This document shows, one piece after another, positions 8,055 through 17,178 of a DNA stretch of 64,000 bases. The notes under the pieces were generated by a model. That model searched no databases, was not told the origin of the DNA, and saw only the letters and a program-made list of their open reading frames with translations. Both the position numbers and the translations under genes were made by a program. This DNA comes from a plasmid: the sequence record NZ_CP145111.1, one strand, 5' to 3'. Each line of letters opens with the position of its first letter. Within the stretch, counting starts at the first letter, position 1.

Positions 8055-8738
8055 ATGGAAAAAAGTGAATCAATTAAAAACTTGGCCACCAGCATGGCAC
8101 AATTCCGTAAGAATTTACTCAAAGCACAACCAAGTAAAGATGGAAAAAGTCATTATGGGAACTATGTAACTTTGGAAGACTTAACCGCTGCAGTAGATAG
8201 GGCGCTCCCAGAGTCGTTAGGTTATACGCAGGAAGCGACCAGCGATCCTAATGGTGTCTCTATTACGACTATGCTGTTTGATGCTAGTGGCGAGTACATC
8301 ATTTACAATCCACTTAGCATGCCAGTGCAGCGTAAAGACGCGCAGGCATTCGGCTCTGCTGAAACTTATGCACGACGATATAGTTTATCAGCAGCATTCG
8401 GTGTATCCGCTTCTAAAGATGACGATGGACAACAGGCAACTAAAGCGGCTCCTAACAACCGTACGGCACAACAACCAGCTCATAGGAATAACGGGACACA
8501 ACAAAGCAATCGTCAACCCCTGCCTGTAACTAAACAGCAGGCCACAACACTTAATGGATTGTTTGAGGCAATGAGTAAGGCAGCAAGCGCCCCAATTGAA
8601 GCTGTTAGAAACGGTTATCTGGAAAAATTAAACGTTAGCCAGGTCAAAGATTTGACGCATGATGGCGCTAACCAACTGATCAGCCTAGTGACTGTTCAAT
8701 TAAAAAATCAAAGTGAGAAGGGGAATTCTAATGATTAA
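8055..8738 (+). CDS. ERF-family single-strand annealing protein
   Basis: Motif [18 protein letters not shown] plus a Gln/Asn-rich C-terminus. Gene order ERF-SSB. Confidence 0.6.
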   Translation: MEKSESIKNLATSMAQFRKNLLKAQPSKDGKSHYGNYVTLEDLTAAVDRALPESLGYTQEATSDPNGVSITTMLFDASGEYIIYNPLSMPVQRKDAQAFGSAETYARRYSLSAAFGVSASKDDDGQQATKAAPNNRTAQQPAHRNNGTQQSNRQPLPVTKQQATTLNGLFEAMSKAASAPIEAVRNGYLEKLNVSQVKDLTHDGANQLISLVTVQLKNQSEKGNSND

Positions 8739-9162
8739 TCGAGTAGTTTTGACTGGACGACTAACCCGTGATGTGGATTTACGGTATACACAAGGCGGTG
8801 CCGCTGTAGCTACTTTCAATCTGGCCGTTGATCGGCGGTTCACCAACCAACAAGGTGAGCGCGAAGCTGATTTTGTTAGTTGCGTTATCTGGCGTAAGTC
8901 GGCGGAAAACTTTGCTAACTTCTTCCACAAAGGATCTCTGGTAGGTATTGAAGGCCGTATTCAAACACGCAACTATGAAAATCAGCAAGGCCAACGCGTA
9001 TACGTCACAGAAGTTATTGTTGAGAACTTCTCGTTCTTGGAATCAAAAAACTCTACTGGTAACGGTAGTTATCAAAATAATCGACCACAAAATAATACGA
9101 GTGATCCGTTTGCTAATAACGGTGGTTCCATTGATATTCAAGATGATCAGTTACCGTTCTGA
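8731..9162 (+). CDS. ssb: single-stranded DNA-binding protein
   Basis: OB-fold N-terminus [20 protein letters not shown]. Gly/Asn/Gln-rich tail ending DDQLPF. Confidence 0.85.
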   Translation: MINRVVLTGRLTRDVDLRYTQGGAAVATFNLAVDRRFTNQQGEREADFVSCVIWRKSAENFANFFHKGSLVGIEGRIQTRNYENQQGQRVYVTEVIVENFSFLESKNSTGNGSYQNNRPQNNTSDPFANNGGSIDIQDDQLPF

Positions 9163-9176
9163 TTTGAGGTGATTAA

Positions 9177-9893
9177 ATGCAGCGGTCACGATCAAAATAC
9201 TTTGAACGTAATGGAAAGTCATACTTGTTAGTCGAGCTTGATCATCATCCTAATTTAGACCATATCGAGACCATTAGCGGTTCACGTGACCAACTTTACC
9301 TGGATTGGGAACTAGCCGACACACGCAAAGCTAGGCCGCAACAACGACGTCTATTCTTTGCCCTGTTGAGTGACATTTATACCTGGTCAGGCATGCCTAC
9401 AGACTTTTTAAAAGAGCTGTTCTATCTGCAATATGAAGAATACACGTTTGGTAAACAGATTAGCCTGTCAGACACGACAGAATCGTCCGTAAGCGACGCT
9501 AACGTGTTACTCGACCTAGTTATCGACTTCATGTTTACGTGGCGTGTGCCGTTCAAGCAAGGCTATGAATTGCTACCGAGAGAGCAAGAGTATTACCAAT
9601 ATCAGTGTTGCCGGCATCGTCGGTGCATGGTGTGTGGCCGTGAACATTCGGATATTAATCACGTTGATACAGTTGGATCTGGCCGCAATCGTAATCATCT
9701 TGACCATACGCAACTACGAGTTAACTGTTTGTGTCGTGAGCACCATACAGAATGGCATAAGATTGGGCCGACAGCGTTTGGCGAGAAGTATCACATTCCA
9801 GTTGCTGGGATCAAGTTGGACGAAGAAACGTTGAGAAAGATTGGAGTTAGAGGAAATTATGGAAGTCACAGTAACGCGAGTCAAAAAGTATAA
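9177..9893 (+). CDS. Cys/His-cluster protein, putative HNH-like nuclease of the replication module
   Basis: C-terminal CCRHRRCMVCGREHSDINHVD...NHLDHTQLRVNCLCREHH motif. Confidence 0.4.
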   Translation: MQRSRSKYFERNGKSYLLVELDHHPNLDHIETISGSRDQLYLDWELADTRKARPQQRRLFFALLSDIYTWSGMPTDFLKELFYLQYEEYTFGKQISLSDTTESSVSDANVLLDLVIDFMFTWRVPFKQGYELLPREQEYYQYQCCRHRRCMVCGREHSDINHVDTVGSGRNRNHLDHTQLRVNCLCREHHTEWHKIGPTAFGEKYHIPVAGIKLDEETLRKIGVRGNYGSHSNASQKV

Positions 9894-10050
9894 CGCAGCT
9901 TGGAACAACGTTGTATCTGTAGACGGTGTACCGGTGGCCATCGCTAAATCAGCACATCGAGCTGGTCAGATTGCAGCATATATTCAAGGCTTGCCAGCTG
10001 AGGTTAATGACTTGTGGTTAAAACGTGAACTTAACAAACTACAAAAGTGA
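9859..10050 (+). CDS. hypothetical protein (63 aa)
   Basis: ORF MEVTVTRVKKYN... between the HNH-like gene and the replisome organizer gene. Confidence 0.3.
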   Translation: MEVTVTRVKKYNAAWNNVVSVDGVPVAIAKSAHRAGQIAAYIQGLPAEVNDLWLKRELNKLQK

Positions 10051-10065
10051 TTTGGAGGAATTGTT

Positions 10066-10764
10066 ATGGACAAACCAGAAAAGCCCAATTATTACGCTAT
10101 CATTCCTGCAAGCGTCAGATATGATAATAACCTTCCGAGCAAAGCTTCTTTGCTTTATGGAGAGATTACGGCTTTGTGCAATCAAAAGGGTTACTGCTGG
10201 GCAAGTGATAGCTACTTTGCCAATTTGTATGGAGTAGGGAAGTCAACTATTCAAACTTGGCTAAAAGCTTTAGAAGACGATGGACATATTTCACGAGACG
10301 TTATTTATAAAGAGGGTACACGTGAAATTGAGCATAGGTATATCAGAATTTCGGTGGAGGGTATACCGAAAAATCAGGGTACCCCTATACCGAAAAATCA
10401 GAGAGATAATATTACAAGTATTAATACTACAGTTAATACTACAAGTAATAAAAAGAATAGTGCAGCTGTCGCTGCACCTTCCTCAATTGAGTCTGACTTT
10501 GAGGAAATCTGGGCAGCTTATCCCAACAAAAAAGGAAAAAAGCAAGCGTTTAACCATTACAAAGCTTGGCGTAAAAAGTCAGCAAAGCATTCCAACGATT
10601 ATCTTTTCAACCAGTTAAAACTGTACAAGCAGTATATTTCTCAAAATAAAGATTGGTACAGCCCTATGGATGGATCTACATGGTTCAATGGCCGGTTTGA
10701 TGATGAGTATCAAGTATCGACTGAACAAAAACATGAGGGCCGCGAGTATTGGACGGGAGGTTAA
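10066..10764 (+). CDS. phage replisome organizer (DnaD-like N-terminal domain)
   Basis: N-terminus YYAIIPASVRYDNNLPSKASLLYGEITALCNQKGYCWASDSYFANLYGV is typical of phage_rep_org_N. Contains internal direct DNA repeats. Confidence 0.75.
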   Translation: MDKPEKPNYYAIIPASVRYDNNLPSKASLLYGEITALCNQKGYCWASDSYFANLYGVGKSTIQTWLKALEDDGHISRDVIYKEGTREIEHRYIRISVEGIPKNQGTPIPKNQRDNITSINTTVNTTSNKKNSAAVAAPSSIESDFEEIWAAYPNKKGKKQAFNHYKAWRKKSAKHSNDYLFNQLKLYKQYISQNKDWYSPMDGSTWFNGRFDDEYQVSTEQKHEGREYWTGG

Positions 10765-10765
10765 C

Positions 10766-11536
10766 ATGGAGCACGTTACTTTTGACCATGAATATATTCA
10801 ACGGCTAGCCAATGCCCACCATGTTGACCTGAACCACTTGCCAACTAAAGAAGAATTGGATCGTAAGACGGCTGAACAAGCAGCTCAACAATTGAAACGG
10901 GACAAAACGGCCCGGTACTATAGCTACTCGGTCTGGTCCGGAAACATACCGCTCAAGTTTTCGTTTGGCAACTGGGATATTGCTAAGCAGGACAATCCAC
11001 ACTTAGCTAAGTCATTAGGCAAGAAGGCATTCGTGTTGGCTAAGCAATTAGAAAACCAAAACTTCAATGTGGCTATGATGGGTGATCGTGGCGTTGGCAA
11101 AACGTCTTTAGCATTGGCCATGTTGGATCACCTGATGAGTCATGATCATAGTGGCATGTTTGTATCAACTGCTGAGCTGCTAAGAATGGTTAATGACAAA
11201 TATGAGGACACTTCAATTCGTTCCAAACTGATCAACATAACACGTTCGATGATTGAGGTTGATGTATTGGTACTAGATGATTTTGGCACGGAAGGCGGTA
11301 TGACTGGCAACATTAAACCGGTGCACAAGGATCTGCAAGACATCATGTATCGGGTATCTAACGCTAGAGTTGATTTTAATCACAACACCGCTAAAGGTAT
11401 CACCATCATTACGACCAACAATACCAAGGGACAGCTAAAAAATATGTATGAAGGCAAGTTCATTGATCGTGTATATCCAGATAACCCGGAACAGCAACTT
11501 ATTTTTGATGGCATGAAAGGGGTGCGTAACGTATGA
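10766..11536 (+). CDS. DnaC/IstB-like helicase loader ATPase
   Basis: Walker A GDRGVGKTSLA and Walker B VLVLDDFG. Confidence 0.75.
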   Translation: MEHVTFDHEYIQRLANAHHVDLNHLPTKEELDRKTAEQAAQQLKRDKTARYYSYSVWSGNIPLKFSFGNWDIAKQDNPHLAKSLGKKAFVLAKQLENQNFNVAMMGDRGVGKTSLALAMLDHLMSHDHSGMFVSTAELLRMVNDKYEDTSIRSKLINITRSMIEVDVLVLDDFGTEGGMTGNIKPVHKDLQDIMYRVSNARVDFNHNTAKGITIITTNNTKGQLKNMYEGKFIDRVYPDNPEQQLIFDGMKGVRNV

Positions 11537-11700
11537 GCGAATGTCCATTGTGTCATGGCACTGGCGTTGTTTACCACTGTACGGCAAGCACCGTCACAGC
11601 TAGCCCATGTCCCAATTGCAATGAAGTTTTGAGAGAACGGCGTAAACGTGAATTTGAAGAACTAAGGAACGAAGCAAAACGATTAGTAAGAAAGGAGTAG
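11533..11700 (+). CDS. small zinc-ribbon protein (55 aa)
   Basis: MSECPLCHGTGV...CPNC pairs. ATGA overlap with the upstream stop. Not in the ORF track. Confidence 0.4.
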   Translation: MSECPLCHGTGVVYHCTASTVTASPCPNCNEVLRERRKREFEELRNEAKRLVRKE

Positions 11701-11706
11701 AGGCGT

Positions 11707-12126
11707 ATGTCATCAAACAAGAAAATGGCAGCCACAATCAGAGCTGCTTACGCCAATTATGGCGATGATCCAGATAAGTGGCCGAAAGATGTTAAAAAAG
11801 AGATCCGCGGTCAAACTGAGGAAGGACACACGGCTGAAAATAAGATCCTACGCCACCTTATTTTACACGGATATACCAACAAATATATTTCACAAGAACG
11901 GTCGAAGACGCCGCAATATATCCAGCAACTACGTGGCAGAATGCGAAGACGTGATGAATTGGATTACCAAGCCACGCCAGATGAGCTGACGCAGCTTAAA
12001 TACAACGTCAAACACATGAATCGGCCTAACAACCAAGGAGTCGCTAGTGTTATGGGACGCGACAAAGATTGGGTGCGCTGTATGCGAGAGAAGCTACGGG
12101 AGGCAGGCAATGAGACACGGCGATAA
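11707..12126 (+). CDS. hypothetical protein (139 aa)
   Basis: ORF with a basic/acidic mix. Confidence 0.45.
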   Translation: MSSNKKMAATIRAAYANYGDDPDKWPKDVKKEIRGQTEEGHTAENKILRHLILHGYTNKYISQERSKTPQYIQQLRGRMRRRDELDYQATPDELTQLKYNVKHMNRPNNQGVASVMGRDKDWVRCMREKLREAGNETRR

Positions 12127-12298
12127 GGTGTATTACCACCGACACCATCACGTTAAGCAACCGGCCACATGGATATGCTGGATCACTCGTGGTGATAGGC
12201 GGATAGCAATGATAAAAGTTAAAGGTGGTCACAGGCATATTGAGGTGGCACCGAGTGATGTTGAGATTGTGAGGACAAATGATGGTACCAAAATTTAG
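12110..12298 (+). CDS. hypothetical His-rich small protein
   Basis: MRHGDKVYYHRHHH... Start overlaps the upstream gene. RBS GGAGG. Confidence 0.3.
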   Translation: MRHGDKVYYHRHHHVKQPATWICWITRGDRRIAMIKVKGGHRHIEVAPSDVEIVRTNDGTKI

Positions 12299-12674
12299 AG
12301 CGTGGCATATGCCGTTTGGACCTAAAGGGCCAATTCAAGAAATGGTACACGGAAAAGCTAGTAGTATTTTGGCGTTTGCTGAAATGTCTCCAGATGAGTA
12401 TATCGTAGAACAGTACACCGGAGTCAAAGATGAAAGTGACGTAGATATTTACGAGGGCGACATCGTGCGTGTGTCTGATGTTTATGGAGACTTAAGCTAT
12501 ATTGATGTCATTTGGGGTGGCAGTGATAGATACCCGGCGTTTGACATTAAAAATCACTCTAAATATTACGACTCAAATGCCCTGTTATCAATTGTCAACG
12601 GTGGCTTTGAAATTATTGAAGTTATTGGCAACGTACACACGAACCCAGAACTATTGGAGGCACAGCATGGATAA
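12279..12674 (+). CDS. YopX-family phage protein
   Basis: KFRAWH...YTGVKDESDVDIYEGDIV...VIGNVHTNPELLE is typical of YopX. Confidence 0.6.
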   Translation: MMVPKFRAWHMPFGPKGPIQEMVHGKASSILAFAEMSPDEYIVEQYTGVKDESDVDIYEGDIVRVSDVYGDLSYIDVIWGGSDRYPAFDIKNHSKYYDSNALLSIVNGGFEIIEVIGNVHTNPELLEAQHG

Positions 12675-13059
12675 AAGAATTAAAGAAATTGGAGAAGAAA
12701 CAACGAGTCATTTTTTAAAGCTGACTAAGAGTGTTTACGGATGGTCGGTTAAAGATGGCAAGTGCGTTCCACCAAAGATTATTTTTCCTAAACCAGTTGC
12801 CGACAGAATTGAGTATTTTGCAGAAGAAATGGAAAATGGTTTAACTTTCCAAGGCGCATTAGAATACATTTTTGCCAGAGACGAAGAAAATTGCAAAGAA
12901 GATTGTGAGCAGGTAATGGATTGGCTACCGGTCAGTGATGGATTCAAAAAATGGAGCGATGACTACTTCTCATACAATTTTAAAGAAGCACAGGTAATGC
13001 TTGCTTTGATTTATGGCAATTATCAAGTGGAGGCACAGCATGACACACGAACAGATTGA
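12667..13059 (+). CDS. hypothetical protein (130 aa)
   Basis: ORF MDKRIKEIGEETT... Confidence 0.45.
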   Translation: MDKRIKEIGEETTSHFLKLTKSVYGWSVKDGKCVPPKIIFPKPVADRIEYFAEEMENGLTFQGALEYIFARDEENCKEDCEQVMDWLPVSDGFKKWSDDYFSYNFKEAQVMLALIYGNYQVEAQHDTRTD

Positions 13060-13234
13060 GTATCGCGATTATATTATGCAAGGCATGGCAAGCTATGGCG
13101 GCGATGTGGCACAGGCGCTAGTGTGGTGCGGCAATCACTTTAACAATCTTAGCAACAGCAAACGCAACGCGATTAACAAGCTGTCAGCGAAGGAACGCAA
13201 CCAGGTTATTCATGAGCTGACGATGTTTATGTAG
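13040..13234 (+). CDS. hypothetical protein (64 aa)
   Basis: ORF MTHEQIEYRDYIMQ... Confidence 0.4.
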   Translation: MTHEQIEYRDYIMQGMASYGGDVAQALVWCGNHFNNLSNSKRNAINKLSAKERNQVIHELTMFM

Positions 13235-13242
13235 GAGGACGT

Positions 13243-13458
13243 ATGGATAAAACACGCGACGCAATGAACGGTAACCAGCGTATGCTGCTTAACTATCTGG
13301 AATCATTGGTGCCAGAAGACGATGTATTGATGGGGCTGGCTGAGTTTCAATCCAAATTAAGTGAGCACAGCGTGCCTAAGGAAGTTTACATTGCTTTGAG
13401 TATGCTGAGCAATGCGGAGATTACTAACGTGCTACACGAGCTTACACGGCCATTTTAG
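13243..13458 (+). CDS. hypothetical protein (71 aa)
   Basis: ORF with RBS GGAGGACG. Confidence 0.4.
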   Translation: MDKTRDAMNGNQRMLLNYLESLVPEDDVLMGLAEFQSKLSEHSVPKEVYIALSMLSNAEITNVLHELTRPF

Positions 13459-13467
13459 GAGGCATGA

Positions 13468-13887
13468 TTGGTGAAACGATCGACGATTAGAACGGTAGAG
13501 GATATTCTACGTGATTATCCTAAGATTGATAAGTTAATTAAGGCTAGAGAAGAGGAATTGCGCCATCCAATAAAACAGGAAGATGACAATGTTGGTGGTG
13601 GCAGATCATCTATGATAGGCGATAGTGTAACTACGGTATTGATAAAGCTAGAAGAAGATGGTCCACTAAATCTTTTGAAACGAAAAAAGAGTGCAGTTCA
13701 AGAGTGTTATGCTAGTTCTGATGAGGATACTCAGGTAATAATCAAAGAATTGTATTTTAAAAAACGGCCACGGCTTAGTGTAGAGGGAATAGTTGCTAAT
13801 GGGCTAGTTAATTGTAGCCGAAGCAGTGCTTTTCTTTTAAAAAAGGAGTTCATTGAAAAGTGTGCCAAAATGCTAGGAATATACTGA
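13468..13887 (+). CDS. ArpU-family late transcriptional regulator
   Basis: ~139 aa. Lies immediately upstream of the packaging module. TTG start 6 nt after AGGAGG. Confidence 0.5.
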   Translation: MVKRSTIRTVEDILRDYPKIDKLIKAREEELRHPIKQEDDNVGGGRSSMIGDSVTTVLIKLEEDGPLNLLKRKKSAVQECYASSDEDTQVIIKELYFKKRPRLSVEGIVANGLVNCSRSSAFLLKKEFIEKCAKMLGIY

Positions 13888-14012
13888 ATTGAAAAAACAC
13901 AAGATTATCATGATACTATTTTGATATTAATCCGATACTATTGTGATATTATTTTGATACTTTTGACCCCTAATTTGGGTGTAAATTAGTATCATAGATG
14001 AAAACCGTTAAG

Positions 14013-14072
14013 GCACGTGCATAGCTCAACGGCAGAGCAAAGAAGATACGGGTTCGACTCCCGTTGCACGTA
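14013..14072 (+). tRNA. truncated tRNA-like element (acceptor, D-arm, T-arm; no anticodon arm)
   Basis: Acceptor pairing ACGTGCA/TGCACGT. D-arm GCTC-AACGGCA-GAGC. Canonical T-arm CGGGTTCGACTCCCG. Only ~60 nt. Confidence 0.3.
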
Positions 14073-14136
14073 TTGGGCGCAAATAAACCCGAGGAGATGA
14101 ACTCTCCCGTTCGTCCAAGGCTATAGCGTCCATCGT

Positions 14137-14213
14137 GTGATTGTAACTGGCGTTGGCCTGCCAGAAGAGGGCGGTTTGAACCCCGTGTGTGGTTCGATTC
14201 CACGCCAATCACA
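14137..14213 (+). tRNA. tRNA-like gene, 77 nt, with non-canonical anticodon arm
   Basis: Perfect 7-bp acceptor GTGATTG/CAATCAC. D-stem CTGG/CCAG. Canonical T-arm TGTGGTTCGATTCCACG. Anticodon stem not resolvable by eye. Confidence 0.4.
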
Positions 14214-14220
14214 TTTAACA

Positions 14221-14256
14221 AGCGTTATCTGATACTTATGCGAAGATAACGCTTAC
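14221..14256 (+). terminator. strong hairpin 3' of the tRNA-like pair
   Basis: AAGCGTTATCTgatacttatgcgaAGATAACGCTT, an 11-bp stem. Confidence 0.4.
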
Positions 14257-14626
14257 AATGGAACTGTATTAGGGAATACCCCCAAAAACATTTCCTAATA
14301 CAGCGCCATTTGCATTAGCCAGCATTGCATCGCTGGCAATCATACACCTGGTCGTCTCTAACGAGGCGGCCTTTTAATTTGGAGGAATGGTAATGAGAAA
14401 CTATCAACGGGACAACTTAATATTCGGCCTGCTGATGGTGCTGCTCATTATCGTGTTGGGAGTGTGGCTACATGCGACACACTGAGTATGGCTACGTTAG
14501 CCCAACAGAAAATCACTGCTATCGTGACTTAGAACGTTGGTTGGCTGACAAGAAGAAACGTGAGCGTCGTGCTAAGAAGCGTGGCGCTTTTAGTTTGGAA
14601 AAGAAGCGGAGGCGTGGTGGTATGTA

Positions 14627-15352
14627 ATGAATAACCAGAAACAAGCTGAGAAGGATTATCTATCAGGAATGAAGTATAAGGACATTGCTGAAAAGTACCA
14701 AGTATCGATAAACACGGTTAAATCATGGAAAAAACGGTATGGTTGGCAACGCACACAAAATAAAAAGGGTGCACACAAAGTTACAAAAAGGGTGCACACA
14801 AAACCGAAAAAGGGTGCACACAAAAAAGAAGATAATTCTGATGAATTAACTCCCCAACAGGAATTGTTTGCACAATTGGTTGGCGGTCATAGAATTCCTT
14901 TATACCGAGCATATCAAGAAGCTTATTCAGCAACTAAGCCTTCACTGGCTACAGCTATGACGAATGGGTCTAAACTTGCCAAAAACGATAAAGTTAAGCT
15001 CAGAATAACTGAGATTTCCCAAGAGATAGCTCGTAAATATAATTGGTCAATTGAAAGTGTGGTTGACTCATATACTTTCCTGCATGATGAATCTAAGGCT
15101 GATATTCTAACCAATGGTGTCAGGAAAGCAACGGCGGATGCCATGATTCAGTCCCTCGAAGATATTACTGATGTCCTTGGATTGAAACAATCGTCTAAGG
15201 CTCAGGTCCGTAAAGCAAATGCAGAAGTTAAGATTGTTGAAGCTAAATTGGCAGGCCTCGAAGATGATAAAGATGATCAGATGGATGCATTAACCAACAT
15301 GATGAGCAAGCTTGCTAAGAACGTTCCGAAGGATGATCAGAATGACGATTGA
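14627..15352 (+). CDS. terS: terminase small subunit
   Basis: N-terminal [27 protein letters not shown]. Immediately upstream of TerL. Confidence 0.7.
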   Translation: MNNQKQAEKDYLSGMKYKDIAEKYQVSINTVKSWKKRYGWQRTQNKKGAHKVTKRVHTKPKKGAHKKEDNSDELTPQQELFAQLVGGHRIPLYRAYQEAYSATKPSLATAMTNGSKLAKNDKVKLRITEISQEIARKYNWSIESVVDSYTFLHDESKADILTNGVRKATADAMIQSLEDITDVLGLKQSSKAQVRKANAEVKIVEAKLAGLEDDKDDQMDALTNMMSKLAKNVPKDDQNDD

Positions 15353-16661
15353 TAATCTATTTACTAAGAAGCAACAGCAGGTTTTAAACCAAGAACTGAA
15401 TAATCGTCATTGGAAATTGATGATTAATTACGGTGCCGTTCGTGCTGGTAAAACATTTGTTGATAATTTTGTTTTTCTATATGAAGTTAAACATGCTGCT
15501 GAAATTGCACGATCTAAGAAAGTTAAATATCCAATGTACATTTTGGCTGGAGTTTCAAGCAAATCAATTGCCAATAACATCTTGAATGAAATTGCTAATA
15601 CATTTGGATTGACCTTTAAATTTGATAAACACAATTCGTTCAAGATTAAATTTCCTGGTTTGCCGGCAGTTAAAATAGTTCAGACGTTTACAGGATCTAT
15701 ATCTGGATTGGGAGCTATTCGTGGAATGACTTCGTTTGGAGCCTACATTAATGAAGCCTCACTTGCCAACAAAGAAGTATTCGAAGAGATCCGTTCACGA
15801 TGCTCTACACCAGGTGCACGAGTTGTTTGTGATACTAACCCTGATGTGCCCACACATTGGCTCAAAACGGATTATATAGATAATCCTAAGCATTCTAGCG
15901 AAATCATCAGTAATCACTTTACAATGGACGATAACACCTTATTAGATCCGGAATACGTGGCTGGTCAAAAATCAACAACTCCATCTGGTATGTTTTATGA
16001 TCGTAAGATACTCGGATTATGGGTTGCCGGTGAAGGCCTGGTCTATCAAGACTTTGACAAATCAAAGAATCTAATTACTCGCGCCGAGTTTGATAAACGT
16101 ACCGCGGATCAAACACTTAACTACTATTGTGGCGTCGATTGGGGCTACGAGCACGATACGTCGCTTGTGGTGCTTGCTGACGACAATCAGGGTAATACGT
16201 ACTTGGTTGAGGAACACACCGGTAATTTACAACAGATTGACCATTGGGTTAGTGTCGCTAAGCAGATACAACAAGACTATGGGTACAATATTCCGTTTTA
16301 TTGTGACACGGCCCGGGTTGAACATATTGATGAGTTTCAAGCTAATCATATTAACGCCTTGTATGCCTATAAGTCAGTTCTAAAAGGTATTGAAACGGTT
16401 GCCGGTAAAATTAAGCAACGCCAGTTTATGGCCGTTCAAGAAGGCATGCAACAATTCTTAGACGAGGTTTATCAGTATGTCTGGAATGACAAAACGGGTG
16501 AGCCAGTTAAAGAGCATGACCATGTCATGGACGCTGTACGATATGCGATTGCAACCAAGCTGTGGAATCAAAATAACAAACAACCGGATAACAGTTATAA
16601 CGATCAGACTAAGCTATTAGCTGATAACGGATTGATCGATTACCCTGATGATTTTTGGTAA
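15342..16661 (+). CDS. terL: terminase large subunit
   Basis: ATPase Walker A GAVRAGKT plus a C-terminal nuclease domain. ~440 aa. Confidence 0.85.
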   Translation: MTIDNLFTKKQQQVLNQELNNRHWKLMINYGAVRAGKTFVDNFVFLYEVKHAAEIARSKKVKYPMYILAGVSSKSIANNILNEIANTFGLTFKFDKHNSFKIKFPGLPAVKIVQTFTGSISGLGAIRGMTSFGAYINEASLANKEVFEEIRSRCSTPGARVVCDTNPDVPTHWLKTDYIDNPKHSSEIISNHFTMDDNTLLDPEYVAGQKSTTPSGMFYDRKILGLWVAGEGLVYQDFDKSKNLITRAEFDKRTADQTLNYYCGVDWGYEHDTSLVVLADDNQGNTYLVEEHTGNLQQIDHWVSVAKQIQQDYGYNIPFYCDTARVEHIDEFQANHINALYAYKSVLKGIETVAGKIKQRQFMAVQEGMQQFLDEVYQYVWNDKTGEPVKEHDHVMDAVRYAIATKLWNQNNKQPDNSYNDQTKLLADNGLIDYPDDFW

Positions 16662-16824
16662 TTTATTCATGCCTAAAATAGACACTCAAAATGGACAGTT
16701 GATTAAACAATTAAAAAGCAGGTCTTAAGCTTACGGGTTTTGATTTTATAGGGGATTTGGCCTTTTAAGTTGTAATGTCTATATAGAGTACACCTAGATT
16801 AGACATTTAAGCATAGGTTTTGAG

Positions 16825-17178
16825 GTGACATTGATGGCAAAGCTAATGACAATGGAAGAGTGGAAAAAACAAGCAACTACCAAGGACACAGCACCGCTTG
16901 ATATGAATGTGTTTGAACCAATGCTGAATGGCAAGCCACTAGAATTTACCGATAGAGGCATTACTTATTCAGTACCAATTGGTTTAGATGTTAAATATAT
17001 TATTGAAGCAATGGCAGAATTGATTAACGATAATATTAACGAAGAAGATAAAACGGTCAGCGACTCTAATAGGTTGCTGGCCGTTAAGTTTGCACACAAT
17101 TATTGCCAACTGCATGAAAGCGAGGTGAACAATGATGGCAGAGACAAACGACAAAACAGCTCACAGCCTGTCGATTAA
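16825..17178 (+). CDS. hypothetical protein (117 aa)
   Basis: ORF between TerL and the portal gene. Confidence 0.4.
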   Translation: MTLMAKLMTMEEWKKQATTKDTAPLDMNVFEPMLNGKPLEFTDRGITYSVPIGLDVKYIIEAMAELINDNINEEDKTVSDSNRLLAVKFAHNYCQLHESEVNNDGRDKRQNSSQPVD

